Below are positions 11,070-24,437 of a DNA stretch of 64,000 bases, piece after piece. A program made the translations under genes and the position numbers. Under the pieces are notes generated by a model that was given only the letters and a program-made list of their open reading frames with translations, was not told the origin of the DNA and searched no databases. The DNA comes from Eremomyces bilateralis CBS 781.70 (Eukaryota), in the NCBI GenBank assembly GCA_010015585.1, contig ML975156.1; one strand, written 5' to 3'. Position 1 is the first letter of the stretch. Every line of letters starts with the position of its first letter.

Positions 11070-12858
11070 CTAGGTCTTAACATCCGGCTCGTCGCGACCG
11101 ACGAATTCCTTCAAGCTCAGCAGCTCGGTGGCCATCTTGACCTCCGTCTTCAAGAAGTCCTGCGCATCCAACGGATACGCGCTCGCGTCGCTGGTGTGCT
11201 TCTCGATGTACAGACGGATAGTCGCGCCGCTGCTTCCCGTCCCTGACAAGCGCACGACGATGCGCGTGCCGTCGTCGAACTTGACGTAGATGCCCTGGTT
11301 CTTGCTGACGGATCCATCCAGGTCGGTGTACGCGAAGTCGTCCGCCTCGATGACCTTCTTGCCCGCCACGGTCGAGCCGACGAAGGTGTCGCGACCAGGC
11401 GAGGTGATGCGCTCCCGCATTAGGGCAACCACCTTGTTCGCGCCCTCGGAATCGACGTTCTCGTAGTCGTATCGGGTGAAGAAGGTGCGGCCGTACGTCG
11501 TCCAGAAGTCCATCTGGACGTCCTTAATGCTCGGGGTCTTGCCCGTCTTCTGGCCCACGCCGGCGAGGATGTTCAGCCAAGCCACGACGGCCCAGAGGCC
11601 GTCCTTCTCGCGCACGTGGTTGGCGCCGGTGCCGAAGGATTCCTCGCCGCAGATGTTCATCTTGTCGGCGTCGAAGAGGCCGCAGAAGAATTTCCAGCCG
11701 GTGGGGACTTCGTAGCATTCGAGGCCGCGGGCTTTGGCGACGAGGTCGACGGCGCGGGAGGTGGGCATAGACCGGGCGAGGCCGTAGACGCCTTGTTTCT
11801 TGAAGTAGGGGATCAGGTCGGCGTGGTGTGCGATGATGGCGAGGGAGTCGCCCGGTGAGACGAAGGCGTTGGCACCGTAGATCATGTTGCGGTCACCATC
11901 GCCATCGGATGCAGCGCCGAAGTGGATGCCGTTCTTGTCGACGGCGTCGACCAGGCTCTTGGCGTAGACCAAGTTGGGGTCGGGGTGATGCCCGCCGAAG
12001 TCGGGCTTCGGGATGCAGTTCTGCGTGCTGCCCTTGATGCCGAGCTCCTTCTCGAAGATCTCGACGCCGTACGGACCGGTCACGCCGGACAGGCCGTCGA
12101 ACAGGACTTTGAAGTCGGGGTGGGAGGACAGAAAGTCCTTGATGAGGGCAAAGTCGAAGATGTCCTTCAGCATTTTCACGTACAGGTCGGTGCTGTGAAT
12201 GATCTCGACCTCGAGCGGGCCGTATGTCTTGGACCCGATGTTGTCGATGTCAATGTCGGGGATGTTGGCGATCTTGTAGGAGGTGAGATCTTTGGAGGTG
12301 GAGAACATTTTATTAGTGACCGATTCGGGGGCCGGAGCTCCGTTCGAAAGGTTGTACTTGATGCCGAAGTCCTCGGTGGGACCTACAAGATAGATATCAG
12401 TACGGTGGTTGCTGTCATCTCAGGAAATGTGCTACTCACCGCCAGGATTGTGGCTGGCCGTCAGGAGGATCCCTCCAGTGGCCTTCATCTTGCGGATGAC
12501 ATGGCTGGCAGCCGGAGTGCTGAGAATGCCATGCTGACCGATCACGAGCTTCTTGACACCATATGCAGCTCCAATCTTCGCGATGAGCTGCGTCACCTCC
12601 GGATTCCAGTAGCGACCATCTCCACCGATGACGAGGGAGCTCCCTTCGGCGCCTTCGGGGATGGAGAGGAGGATAGAGGCGATGAAAGCCTCGGAGTAGT
12701 GGCTTTGCTGGAAGACCTTGACCTTCTTACGGAGGCCAGAGCTGTAAGGGGTGTCGTCAGCTAGTGGCCGCAGTTCGGAACTGTTTACACATGAAGTATA
12801 CGTACGTGCCAGGCTTCTGATCGGAGAAGGGGGAGATAGAGACTTCCTTGACGTCCAT
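11070..12858 (-). CDS. PGM2: Phosphoglucomutase
   Basis: Exons 12858-12806, 12741-12440, 12382-11070. Motifs DQKPGTSGLRKK, active-site TASHNPGG, metal loop [28 protein letters not shown]. Confidence 0.97.
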
Positions 12859-14378
12859 TGTGCAATGTACGAGAGCAATTGGGAATTCAGAGTCGCAGGA
12901 AATGGGTATAGTAGCGGAGACGAGGGAGAAGGAAAAGTGGTTACGAAGATGCAAGTTCAAGCGGATCAATTTCTTAAGAAGGATGTCACCTCTAATCTGA
13001 CATCTGGTTTCTCGTGTTGTGTTGTTGGGAGCTCCTCCTGTTGGTCGCTTTGGTGGGGGGAGGTTTAGTGGCAAAGAGCGGGCGCCCCGATGACGAAATT
13101 GGTTAAAGCTTTTCCCACCGATAGCCTGGAGGAGTAGGATTTAGGAAAGACACGATAGACACGTTGAGGAGGTTGAGTTGTTGACCTCTATGATCTATTC
13201 TATCGCCTCTCCGGAAAGTACATTGCAGTTTGTACAGTCCTTTCTCTCTCAATTACTCCAAAGCCTGAGAGGATATCCCCCACTACTTCCCCTCAGTGTC
13301 GTCTCCCAGGCTCTAAACCATAGGAAGCTTAGATTGCTGACTGGTATGGCTGGAGGGTATGTACAGAGTCTTGACAGATCACACCGCTTATTCCTCTCTG
13401 GCTGACGCGAATAGAAAACCATCAGCCGCATTTCCCTCCAAAGGTTTAGAGACAACAGAATGAAGCTCCTGGTAAGTACTGCGACGCATAGGCGCTTCTA
13501 GACCGCTAGAAGCCTAGGACATTCAATTTGCATTTTTTCCATTCCGTCTGACATATCACGGGGGAAGAATACGATACAACGGGTCAAAGTTTTGCTCTTG
13601 AGATATTTTCTTGAGAAATGAGATGAAAAAAGGACACGATTCTCCCGCTTCACTATGCGCTATTGTCTCTTTCGCTTCATGGACAGACAGGCGGCGTACA
13701 GATGTGCCGTCATAGGACGGTCCGTTTCCGCAGCATCGAAAGCTTCGGATTCAGAGGCAGTGATGTATCTATGAATCAGAATTCCAGGCGATTGTGATAG
13801 GTCCTTGAGAATTGAGATGATATCGATTCCCGACTTTCGTATTTGGTGTCGTCCTCCCAAGTGATGGCGATGACGTCGACCTTTAGGCTGTACACGAAGA
13901 ACTGTATTAGTGATTCTAGCGAAGTAAGTGACAACGACAAGGCTAAGATTCCCCCGAAACTGCAGTGATCGGCAGAATAATGGTTTGATTGATCATTGAT
14001 GGAGTATGCCGGAGGAATGGAGTATCGTGTAAGTAGCCTACTAAAGTACTGTACATATCCTTCGGGACCGAACTCGGGGATCTCTCCATGGTACTTCTTT
14101 CCGTTGGATCCATCTCATGATTCTACTAAACCAGCGCGTCAGGCGGATGGAAGCCAAGGCAGTTCATCCTCTCCTCTGAACTTGAACAGCGGTTCTTGAC
14201 CTCACAGCTACTGCATTATAACTCTTCGCTTCTTCGCTTCTTCGCTATCGTGCTCCCCTCCAATCCAAATCGCAAATCATTGTCTTTCCCCGGCGTATTC
14301 TATTTCCCCTTTCTCCACCCGGTTCTATTCCCCTCCTATACGAGTGACCATCATTGTTCGATTGACAGTAGAATCATC

Positions 14379-15809
14379 ATGTCAGCTGAAGGATCAGCCG
14401 TACCGGTATCGTCAAAGGGGTCGTGGGCTCAGTTCCTCAAGGTGAGTAAGGCGCATCTTCCCCCTTGAGATGGAAATTTCATTGGAGACCCGATTCGCTC
14501 ATGGTTTGGCTTCGTGTTCGCTAGAGCGTCTCTACCTTCAATGGCGACCTTTCCACCCTAACCGCCCCTCCTTTCATCGTCTCGTCGACCTCCCTGACCG
14601 AGTTCTCCTCCTACTGGGCCGAGCACCCAAACTTGTTCATTGCACCCGCTAAGGAATCCGACCCGGCCACGCGGGCCATGCTCGTGCTGAAATGGTTCCT
14701 GGCCACATTGAAGTCGCAGTACAGCAGTAGAAGCGACAAGCTCGGCAGCGAGAAGAAGCCATTGAACCCATTTCTTGGGGAGCTCTTCCTAGGGGAATGG
14801 GAGGGGGATGTGGAGGATGAGGAGGCCGGCGAGACCAAGCTCGTGAGTGAGCAGGTCAGCCATCATCCGCCAGTGACGGCGTACTGCATATGGAATTCGA
14901 AGAATGGAGTGCGGCTAGAGGGCTACAACGGGCAGAAGGCTTCGTTTAAGAGCACGATCAATGTCAAGGTGAACAAACCACCCGAGTTCATAGACCATAA
15001 AGAACTTCAGCGCCAGGACCAATTCGCTAATATCACCGCAGCAAGTCGGCCATGCCGTCTACAATCTCGAGAAATTCAACGAGACCTACGTCATCACGCT
15101 CCCGTCCCTCCACATCGAAGGCCTCATCAGCGGATCGCCGTTCGTCGAGCTCAACAAGTCCTCCACCATCATCTCCTCCTCCGGCTACGTCGCCACCATC
15201 TCTTACTCCGGACGCGGCTGGCTCTCCGGCAAAAAGAACAGCATCTCCGCGACCCTCCACCAATATGCGAACCCGACCCAGCCCGCATCATACGACCCTA
15301 GCGCCCCCGGCTGCTCCCCCAAATCCCCCCTCTACACCGCCGACGGCCAATGGAACTCGACCTTCAACATCAAAGCCGCGTCCGGCGAGGTGATCTCTAC
15401 CTTCGACGCCAGTCAGCACCCAATCACCCCCCTAAGCGTCACGCCGGTCGAGCAGCAAGACCCGCTCGAAACCCGGCGCGCGTGGAAGAAGGTCGCGGAC
15501 GCGGTTGCCAAGGGCGACATGGACCTGACGTCCTGGGAGAAATCCAAGATCGAGAACGCCCAGCGCGAGCTGCGGAAGAAGGAGAAGGAGGAGGGACGCG
15601 AGTGGCGGCGGCGGTTCTTCAGCCAGACGGACCGGAAGGACGAGAAGGTCAAGGTTATCGCGGCGTTGCTGGGTCATCTGCATGAGAACATCGAGGCGGA
15701 CAAGACCGGGGGGATCTGGGTGTGGGATGCGGACAAGGCGAAGGACGCGCAGCCGCCGTTTGCGGGGAGCGAGGAGCTGGGGAAGCAGGCGGTGGGGCTG
15801 GACACGTGA
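14379..15809 (+). CDS. KES1: Oxysterol-binding protein (Kes1/Osh4-like)
   Basis: Exons 14379-14441, 14525-14968, 15042-15809. Motifs [24 protein letters not shown] and the OSBP signature EQVSHHPP. Confidence 0.93.
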
Positions 15810-17832
15810 TGAACGAAGCGTGATGCTGACGATTCGTATGATTTTCGTTGGGTTGGTACGTGGAAACGGCCGTTCTGATTCTAGTACCGTTGGAGTGAGC
15901 ATTTATATGGCTTCGCACCATGGTGCCTGTATCAATAGCGGCCCTTTCTACACCAGGAACAGGGCGAACTCCTTGCGCCAGAAGTGTTTCACACGGCTAA
16001 TGTGTGCTTGCCCTCGGTCCAACATAGCATTCTAATTAGTAAAAAACTATCTATCAATTTCAGTGCGTGCTGGAATACTTCGAACGCTAATGCACGCCTC
16101 CATAGGACAGGACTTGAACCATGCACATCTACCCCGCCAGCGCCGCAAGAGGGAAGGTTGGAAAACAGTCTCATCATCCGCAAATTGTCAAGCCATCATA
16201 GAACATGGAGCCATCTACGAGCGATTGAGTATTCTAAACTGAAGCCTCCAGCCTCCTAGGAGAGGCAGACGGATGCCGGGCCTCCGTTTCCGACCATTGC
16301 GAATCCTTGACGAAAGCGCGCCTCGGGCGTGTAACTACCGACGTCTTCGGGAGAATCTCCTGGCGAAAACAAAAAACAAGCTGGTTGCATCCAGCTGCAG
16401 ACCCGACGTCGCTGTGCCGCAATGTTTATATCCGTTGAGGGGCTTCGCCAGGGTGTTTGTCCGACGACCTCACCTGGGGCGGCACGGATGCGTGTAACGC
16501 TAGATCCGAGTGTATGGACACAACCACACCTTTTAATTTGGTTGTTTCTTCGTTGCCGCGGTCAATAAATTGATGATCATGGAGATGATTTACAGCGATC
16601 GTCCGTACTTGATTCATATTGACTGGAAAACCCATGAGAATCGGTAGAGGGAGGTTGTACAGGGATGCTAAGACAGTCACGTGATATTGTGGTGGAGAAA
16701 ATTGATTGGCTGAAAATATTGCGGGAAGTCCCGAGCGGCTCAAGGAACTGAGACACCGCCTTCGCTTCGTCAACGTCCAACCATCACATCTTCATCATCA
16801 ACACATGCTGTTCAACATACTGACTGCATTTAGCCCGTGGAACTGCAAAGGTCCATCAGACCTTAGCTGCGTCTGCAGAAGATCCGATGACCGTCTCCAT
16901 CCCCCCCATGAATCTTTGGCGTATAACGAACGAAAGATCGCGTCATGTCGACGATGGTAACACAGGATCTCACAAGTCACATATCATTGATCATCGATCA
17001 TGGCCTTAATTTAGACAACTTTGCAACCCTCCATCCAGCAAAGTGGCGTGCACAAGCTCATTAGCCCAACCACACTTAACCCAATCCAGCCTGAATCCAC
17101 GGCAGGCGTTCTTAGAGATGCAGATGAACCACTTCCCCGGATCTCCTCCCCCCTGGACCTTAGCTCGCTCGTTTTCAAATCACGGCGGCAGCCTGGCCAC
17201 AACCAACGCGTTCAGCGTTGCCCCGAAAATAGGACGGAACTTCACGTTTCACGTCCTGTACAGTTGGCGGCTGCCCTTCACAGCTTGTGCTCATTCGTGG
17301 AACGTGTGGCAACGTCCATCGATGGAGAGAATGGATCGATTCATAGAAAGGTAGGTCCGGCAACGCGGGTAGTCCTATTCATAGGGCCGCGGGGCACCAA
17401 GGTGTGCTGTTCCGTCTTCAATCTATTCGGATGTTGATCCCTCGAGTCTGCTTTGCCGCGCCATATTAATGTTGATGCTGGGACGGGCCAAACAAGTCAG
17501 TTTTCCTTGTTGTATTGCGTGAGGCGAGGACAGGCGAATATATGACTGCGCCGGAACATATGTACTCCACCCGCCCCTCAGCCTTAAGATTCATTTTAGC
17601 AGCATTCACATCTGCCTTAACTTTGCCGTCGGTTTCATCCCTCTTGTCTCAGTTGTGTTGGCCATTTTCAAGTCCGTGTCTGCGGCTCGATTAGCGTCTC
17701 TGTTTGGGTACGGCTTCGAGGTTTCGTGCCTAAGCTTCACTGCTCAACGGCGCCTACCCATGTAGAGAGTCAACATTTTCCCCTGAACCACCTGAGGCAC
17801 AATACGGCACGGAAGTCCGCCTATCCATCATC

Positions 17833-18480
17833 ATGTCCATCCCTCTACCTCCATCCGACACGCCGGCCATCCCCCACCCCGACGTGGCTGCCACCCGCCA
17901 ATCCACCATCACTACCACCGGTCTCCCCTCCAACCCCTCCCCCCACCTCCGTTCCCACTCCCGCTGCTCCTCCCCCACCCTCACATCCCCCACCTCTCCG
18001 ATCTCCAAACCTCACTCTCCCTCCGACTCCCTCTCCCCAACCACCACCCTCTGCAGCTGCTGTCGCAACCTGCTGGCGGCCCCGGAACTCACCCAACCCC
18101 GGGGCCCCTCCGAAACCGTTACCCCGGCCTCAACATTCCCCTCATCCCCGCCGCCAACGGCCATCGCTACATCCCCGCCATCCTACGCCCGCTCCCCCCG
18201 CAGCGTCCCGAAACGCCCGCAGAAACGCGCCACGGCCGGCGGGAGACGGGCGCGGAACAACAGCTTCGTGCGGATCGGGAAGCGGATCAAGATGGAGCTG
18301 CAGAGCTGTTTCGTGGATCCGAACGTGAAGGCGGGGGGGCAAGGGGGCGGTAGTGGCGGAGGTGGAGGAGGTGGAGGAGGGGGAGGAATTCAGGGAGGGA
18401 GCGGGGAGCAGGCGCAGGTTCAAGTGCCGTATGAAACGCACTTTGAGAAGGTACCGGACTTGCATTGGACGGAGAGGTAG
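17833..18480 (+). CDS. Hypothetical Ser/Pro-rich protein with poly-Gly tract
   Basis: 215-aa ORF with a good start context (atcATG). Low-complexity N-terminus, basic patch RNNSFVRIGKRIK, (GGN)n tract, ordered C-terminus FEKVPDLHWTER. Confidence 0.55.
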   Translation: MSIPLPPSDTPAIPHPDVAATRQSTITTTGLPSNPSPHLRSHSRCSSPTLTSPTSPISKPHSPSDSLSPTTTLCSCCRNLLAAPELTQPRGPSETVTPASTFPSSPPPTAIATSPPSYARSPRSVPKRPQKRATAGGRRARNNSFVRIGKRIKMELQSCFVDPNVKAGGQGGGSGGGGGGGGGGGIQGGSGEQAQVQVPYETHFEKVPDLHWTER

Positions 18481-19181
18481 ACGACTTGAGAACCATCGAG
18501 TATCGTCCGGTTCTCCTGTCAACATTTATGACGAATGATACGTTTTGTAGGTTTGGCATTGGCGTTGGTGGCATTCTTTCGTGTTGACTGACCTCTTCTT
18601 GGGTTGGCCATATCTTTTGCCTCAGACATGCTAAAGGCATTATCAGCAGCGGTTCTATGTTTCAACTTATGAGGGCTAGGACCCTTCTTCCTCTGGCCCC
18701 CCTAACAGATTGTCTCAAGGGGCGACCAACTTGTAGATAAGATGATTCTATATTCATAGCCATCATGGCTCTCATTATCGTTATTTTCTAATGGAATCTA
18801 TGTTATCTAGTACCGGGGTCGCTTGCCGTTGCCTTTTGCCGATTCTGTGAAACAATTTTGGGGTTCCAACTCGTCCAACCAGGAATCCTTGCGATGTTCG
18901 AACCCGCTATGCGCAATCCTAAACACATGTACCCCACATGATCATGATACATCTCCAAATTCGCCGCGAACGGCCCAACTGTCGTGAAAACGAGCATCGT
19001 TGGTAGATGCGAAATACCCCAAACGGTATGCCAAAACCCCCCATCTCCAAACCCGTAACTTCATTCATGCAATGGTAACTCCCAGCTTCCTCACCCGTCT
19101 CGCCTTCCTCCATCCTTCTTCCGCGCTTCCTTCGATTATCTTCCGCCGACCCCTTTATCGATGCCCCAAGGTTAGTCATTC

Positions 19182-22100
19182 TCATCTCATCCCCCGTCCC
19201 TGGAAATACCCCTCACTCCCCATCCCGTCGCTCTCACTCCCTGGCGTGTCCACCGGCAATCCGCGATACCCGTGCCCGGACGCCGCTCCCCCGGAATAGC
19301 TCCCGTCCGTCTGCCCCGTGACCGTCCTCCCCATCGGTGCCCCCGCCCCGGCCAAATCGACCCGGCTCTCATCTCCGTACCCATCGACCACCACGCTGTG
19401 CCTCCCTAAACTCCCCTCCCGTGCATGGCCCGCGGGGCTGAACTCCCGGGGCCGCGCACGCGGCGTCTGGTGATAGCCGTGCGGATACACGATCCCCGGC
19501 GCGTCGTCGTCGCGGTCCTGCGACGCGGAGCGACCGTGCCGCGGGTCACCGACCAGCGTGGCCGGGGTGCCTGGCCGCGAGCCGGTGTAGACGCTGTCGA
19601 GATCGCCTTGGAAATCGGACTTGAAATCGGGGTGCTCAGCGTACATGTCGGCCGCAATGTCGCCTTCCGAGACGAACTCGAAGCGGTTCTTCCCCGTGGC
19701 GGCGGAGTCATTCATCTTCATGTCGCCGGGCTTGCTGAACGGATGCATAGCGTAGGTGTCGGAGTAGCCCGCGAGGGTGTGGGTGTCGGTGAGATCGGCG
19801 GACGTGCGGCCCTGGTAGACCTGGGTGAGCAGGTGGCGGGATTTCTCGTGCACCATGGGCGTGATGAGCGGTTTATAGAGCGCGGGATGCCCGTAGCGGA
19901 CGGAGACGCGCTCGCGCTTGTCCCGGACGGAGGAGCTGTCGCTGTGCTCGTGGATTTCGGGGTCTTTGAGCGCGTGGGTGGCGTAGTAGTGAGTTTGGGT
20001 GTCGAAGGCGCGGACGCAGTAGAATTTGAAGCCGGCGAGGAGGAAGGGGAGCGGGATGAGGGAGATGAGCATGGGGGTCGAATAGCCGTTCGCGGCGATG
20101 GCGAGGGCGACGACAATGTTGCTGAGGAGGATGGCGACGAGCATGCGGTTGAAGACCACGCGCCAGAAAGCGCCACCAGATTCGGATTTGGTGATGAAGA
20201 CATAGCTGTGTTGAGAGTCAGTTTTCCCCTCACTTGTCAGACGGAGATGCGGTCACTTACAGAAGCAGGTACTTCTTGAGCCAGGAATCCAGACTGAAGT
20301 AGAAGAGCATGACGGCAAGAACGACGGGCTGCAACGGCGCAAAGAACAGCGCTACCGTCGCATAGAAAAGGAAGGAATTGTAATAGGTTGCATAATCGAA
20401 AGGCGGTGGTGCCGTCAATTCGATCAGCTCCCTTGGGGTGGGATGGGTCACCTTCCTCGTGAAGCCTTTCCAGGCGAGATTGACAAATTGCGACAGATCG
20501 ATGGCCGCAGCAAGGTTACGCTGGAGCAGCCAGCACACCCAGAAGACGGTGAGCTCACAAAGGCCGATCAGAAGTTTGTTCAGTAGCTTCGCATCGGACA
20601 GCGTCTGCATGACATCCTTGTCGTCATGTTTGGCGTCGATGATGATGGTGACGAATTTCCAGACGGTGGAAAAGAGCGAGAAAACGATCAGGTTGTTGAA
20701 GACGAAGAAGGTGTAGAGCTTGTGAAGGACGTGGCGCTCGCGTTGTGATTTGCTCTGATCGCCCGCCTTGATCGAGAGTCGGCGGAAAATGATGGGAAGG
20801 ACGAGGTAAAAGAGTGAAGTGACTGCCGGCGCCAACACACCCTGGACGATAGCCCAGGTTTTGGGATTGTGTTGAAGCTCTTGGGCGAACGCGGGCCATA
20901 ACCGACCGAGATTGTTCAAATTCGAGAGGAAGATCGCAATGAGCGCGTTAGGAGCGATCCAAACGAGGGTGAGAAGGACGACCCAGACGTTGTTCATGAT
21001 GCGTTGTCGCCGTCGAGAGCTTTTGGAAAGCGGGAGATTCTTCCAGATGAGGTCACCTGGGCGCGGTGCAAGGCGAATGGTTGTGCCTTGCGGGTGCTTC
21101 TTACGCGCGGCGTAAGCGATGCTGTGCGCTTCGGAAATCGACCCGTACGAGGCAAAGCCGAAAGGCATCGCATTGCGTTTGTCGACCGTCTCTCGCACCG
21201 ATTTGATCATGCCCTCCAGGTCCTGAATGCGACCCGTCAGATATTCGATAGCGTCCACCTTAGCATTACCAGAATGTGCCTTATCCTTCTTCGAAGGTTT
21301 ACAGGTAGGACGGTTCAACGCAAGGTGATCGGGGTTCTTGAGATATTTGGCCAAATGGCCTTCCAACTGCCGGACCAGGTGTGCATGCTCCTCGATCATC
21401 TCTGGAAGCTCTTTTACGTTCCGCGCGATGGCCGCGCGAGGGATCTCGCCGGTATGGTTGATCGTATCCGTGATCCGTAGGAGACCTTCATCGGACCGCT
21501 GGTCGCTCGGAATGTCCGTCACCATGAGCGTCCGGGCATGTAAACTGCGCTGGTAGTCATCACTCTCGAAATAATTGCGTCTGAGCTCCACTACCGCCCG
21601 ATAGTTCCACCATAGGAAAAAGCAGACGGTCACGTCGAAGAGGTAGGCGACCGCCACATGACCCCAAAACTTCTCCCCGAACATGTATTGCGGAGTCATC
21701 TTCATGAACGCGGATATGGAAAACTCCTTGGTGAGCTGATGGCCGCCCAGAATGTTGATCGGAATGAGGATGCCGCATCCGATGACCGTGAGCACGGCGA
21801 ACATGTTCCGCAGCATGGCTGCGAATCGGAGGAACAGGGCCGCATCGACGCCGGCTTTCTCCACCATGATCTGCTCTTTTGTCCGGACGACGGGTGTGAT
21901 CCAGGCGAAGGGACCGTTGCCGATGGGCGGAGGGGCGTGCCGTGCGTCGGCATGTTTCACTTTCGGTTGGTAGATGACTTTGTTAAATCGGCGGAGAAAG
22001 GAGAACAGGACGGCGACGAGGGCAGTGGCACCGAGGCCAACCACCAGGGCGGCTCCAATGGCTTCATTTTGAATCTGTAGCGAGTGTCAGGACGTGGTGG

Positions 22101-22233
22101 AGTAAAGGGGAGCGGAGGCCTGAGTGAAGCTTACCTGAGTGCTGAAAGGATCGGAGAGGAGATCGAGAAACTCGTCCGTAGCGGTATTCGGGTTTTGACG
22201 AGGTGAGAGCTTTTGTGAGATAGAAGGGTCCAT
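19182..22233 (-). CDS. CSC1/OSCA/TMEM63 (DUF221, RSN1-like) calcium-permeable stress-gated channel
   Basis: Exons 22233-22135, 22074-20261, 20205-19182. Motifs GVDAALFLRF, SLHARTLMVTDIP, LAPRPGDLIWKNL, KKYLLLYVFITKSESGG; many transmembrane segments. Confidence 0.92.
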
Positions 22234-23253
22234 GATGAGGACTGTAGCGAATGTTGGGTGATGCAGGGTCGTGCAACCGACCACCGAGCTATGAAGGGAT
22301 CCAGCTATCCAAGATTCGTATGAGTGTCAGTGTTAGTGACGTAGGGGGGCTGATGAACACATTAAGATGGACCAAAAGAAAGTTGGAACCTGGTAACGAC
22401 AGAGGAGGGAGTTAAACTTGTCTCAAGAAAGGAAAAGGTCAAAGGAAAAACGAATTAGAAGAAATCAGAATGGTTGAGTGAAGATGAAGGGAATTGATAT
22501 GAGGGAAGGACAAAGGCCATTACACGGTTACATGGAGTTATTAATATGGGGGTCTTGGGGTGGAAATCTTCACATCGACGGCCTGTCATCGAGATGGTTG
22601 CGTCTGGACCGAACCATGCGGCCCCGGTTCCAAGTCTTCCAACGATCTCTTTGACGCTCTCACATCGCCTATCGGTACGTATTGGAGTCGGTTCGAGACT
22701 TCGAGATCACTAGGGCTGTTAGACGTTGGGCCAGACTATGCCAGACTCGTCCGCGCTATTGGTTCGGGACTTACACGCCCGTCAGTATGCGACGTGTGCT
22801 CCTCACCAGGGATGTTTCTTTGAGAGGGCGCCAACGCAAAAATAACCTCCGGAATGCTGTATTACGGTGATCTAGGAAATAGTGTGACTTTCAATTGCTG
22901 AGGTAAAGTGGTTTTTCATGGTTCTAAATCTTGCAATTCCCACAATGCCATGCTTACTCCAAGTTTCCGACCAATGTTAGTCTCGAAGCCGGGGGCGAAA
23001 GAACAGGAGTCCCCTACTTAGAATGGGGACCTTTCCCAGGGGAATTCCCGTGATATGAATTATTGAATGACTGCGCCTCAGGAGAAGAATGTATTTCTTC
23101 GCTTGGTCAAATACTTGCGTCAATGTTCTGGCTCCCAGATCACTTGTAGGCTCTTGACACTACATTTTCCATCCCTGATGGATGATGATGGATGATAATC
23201 ACGAACCATTCCTCGGAGGTTTAACGGAACAGCCGACGGGTAAGCTTCACTCT

Positions 23254-23878
23254 TCAGGGACGGCGGAAGACACTGTCGCGATAGAACCTGGCCTCTTCGA
23301 TGCTCTCGAGGATATCCGCCCGCGCGTCATGGAGACTCTTCTTCATCGGCACGTTCTTGAGCACGTCTTCGTCTGCCCATCGCCTCGCCGCCTCTTTGAT
23401 AGCACTCACGTCCAGAATGCGGTAGTGCAGATGCTGAATGACCGCATCATAGGGAGCCCGCCGTAGAAACGCTTGGTCGGCGTGCACCGAGTTTCCAGCC
23501 AGCATGGCCACCCTTGGTTCGGAGACGTGTTTCTTGATGTATTCGAGGAGGGCCGTCGCCGCCTCCTCCGCCGTGGTCGTGGATTCGAGGGCCGCGGTGG
23601 TCAAGCCGGTTTCCGCGTGCTGTTTAGTGCACCATTCACCCATCTGGGCCAACGTGTCCTGGTCATGGTGGATGATTAGATCGAGGCCATCGTCGTCCAT
23701 CAGGTTGAGATTGTAGTCGGTGACGAAACATGCGATGGACAGGATGGTGTCGTTGGCATAGTCCAGACCCGTCATCTGCTCCAAGAGTCAACCATCGATC
23801 ATGACTAGTGCCACCGAAAGAATCACGTACTTCACAATCGATCCACACCAATGGAGCTTTGGATCTTCGTTCAGGCAT
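23254..23878 (-). CDS. REX2: Oligoribonuclease (DEDDh exonuclease)
   Basis: Exons 23878-23831 and 23775-23254. Motifs PLVWIDCEMTGLD, LAGNSVHAD, LHYRILDVS, HDARADILESIEE. Confidence 0.95.
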
Positions 23879-24152
23879 TTTGCACGACGCTGTGGTTTCG
23901 TCAGAGGCTCGGAGGACAGTGGATATGTGGGACGGAATTCTCGACGTGAACAATGGATTTTTGCGGACAGATGGGATCCAATTGAATACGTAATCCGGCA
24001 ACACATGCTCTCCGTGTGTTTCTTCGGGAAATTAATCCATTAATACTGGTAACCAACCAAAGATGGGTTTCAACATTACGCATGATAGTTGGAAGGCGCA
24101 ATCGACTGGATGTCTATGGTAGGTACTGTGTTCAAGTACTAAGTACTTGGAT

Positions 24153-24437
24153 TCAGGCTGGGTAGCGCGGGTATATATGTTTTACCGCTTCATGCATTCT
24201 GTTCCAAGTAATATCCATGAGGTGTTCTGGTTCTATTTTCAAGAGACATCTCCTGTAATATCCTATCTGCCTTCCGTCCTTTCCTTGTATGTGCATTGCC
24301 CGTCGGTATACCATGGGTACAGGCACCCCCGGACAACCATTGCCAGACTTGAACCGCCTCCGAAATGCTTCGTTTGTGAAATGGACAGTATTCGAGTATG
24401 AAGAAGGGACCGTCCTCGAGGTTTCGAATAGGCCCAA
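24153..24437 (-). pseudogene. Possible relic of an aminoglycoside-phosphotransferase-like (APH/kinase-like) gene
   Basis: TNEA...GVPVPMVY...GYY...EPEHLMDITW resembles the APH N-lobe pattern (E..L....PVP.VY...Y.LME..G..L...W). No catalytic HxD motif and the frame ends early. Confidence 0.3.

Noticed and set aside
11040..11072. Stop-codon readthrough to cryptic PTS1 signals in PGM, REX2, PCM1 and POL1
   Set aside because: No TGA-CTA context, and the extensions do not end in SKL-like tripeptides.
13494..13513. Perfect 8-bp hairpin GCTTCTAG-accg-CTAGAAGC
   Set aside because: Isolated and short enough to be expected by chance in 64 kb.
16426..16980. Protein-like minus-strand fragments (also 53409-53684 and 55463-55879)
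   Set aside because: No recognisable family, interrupted frames and no coherent gene model.
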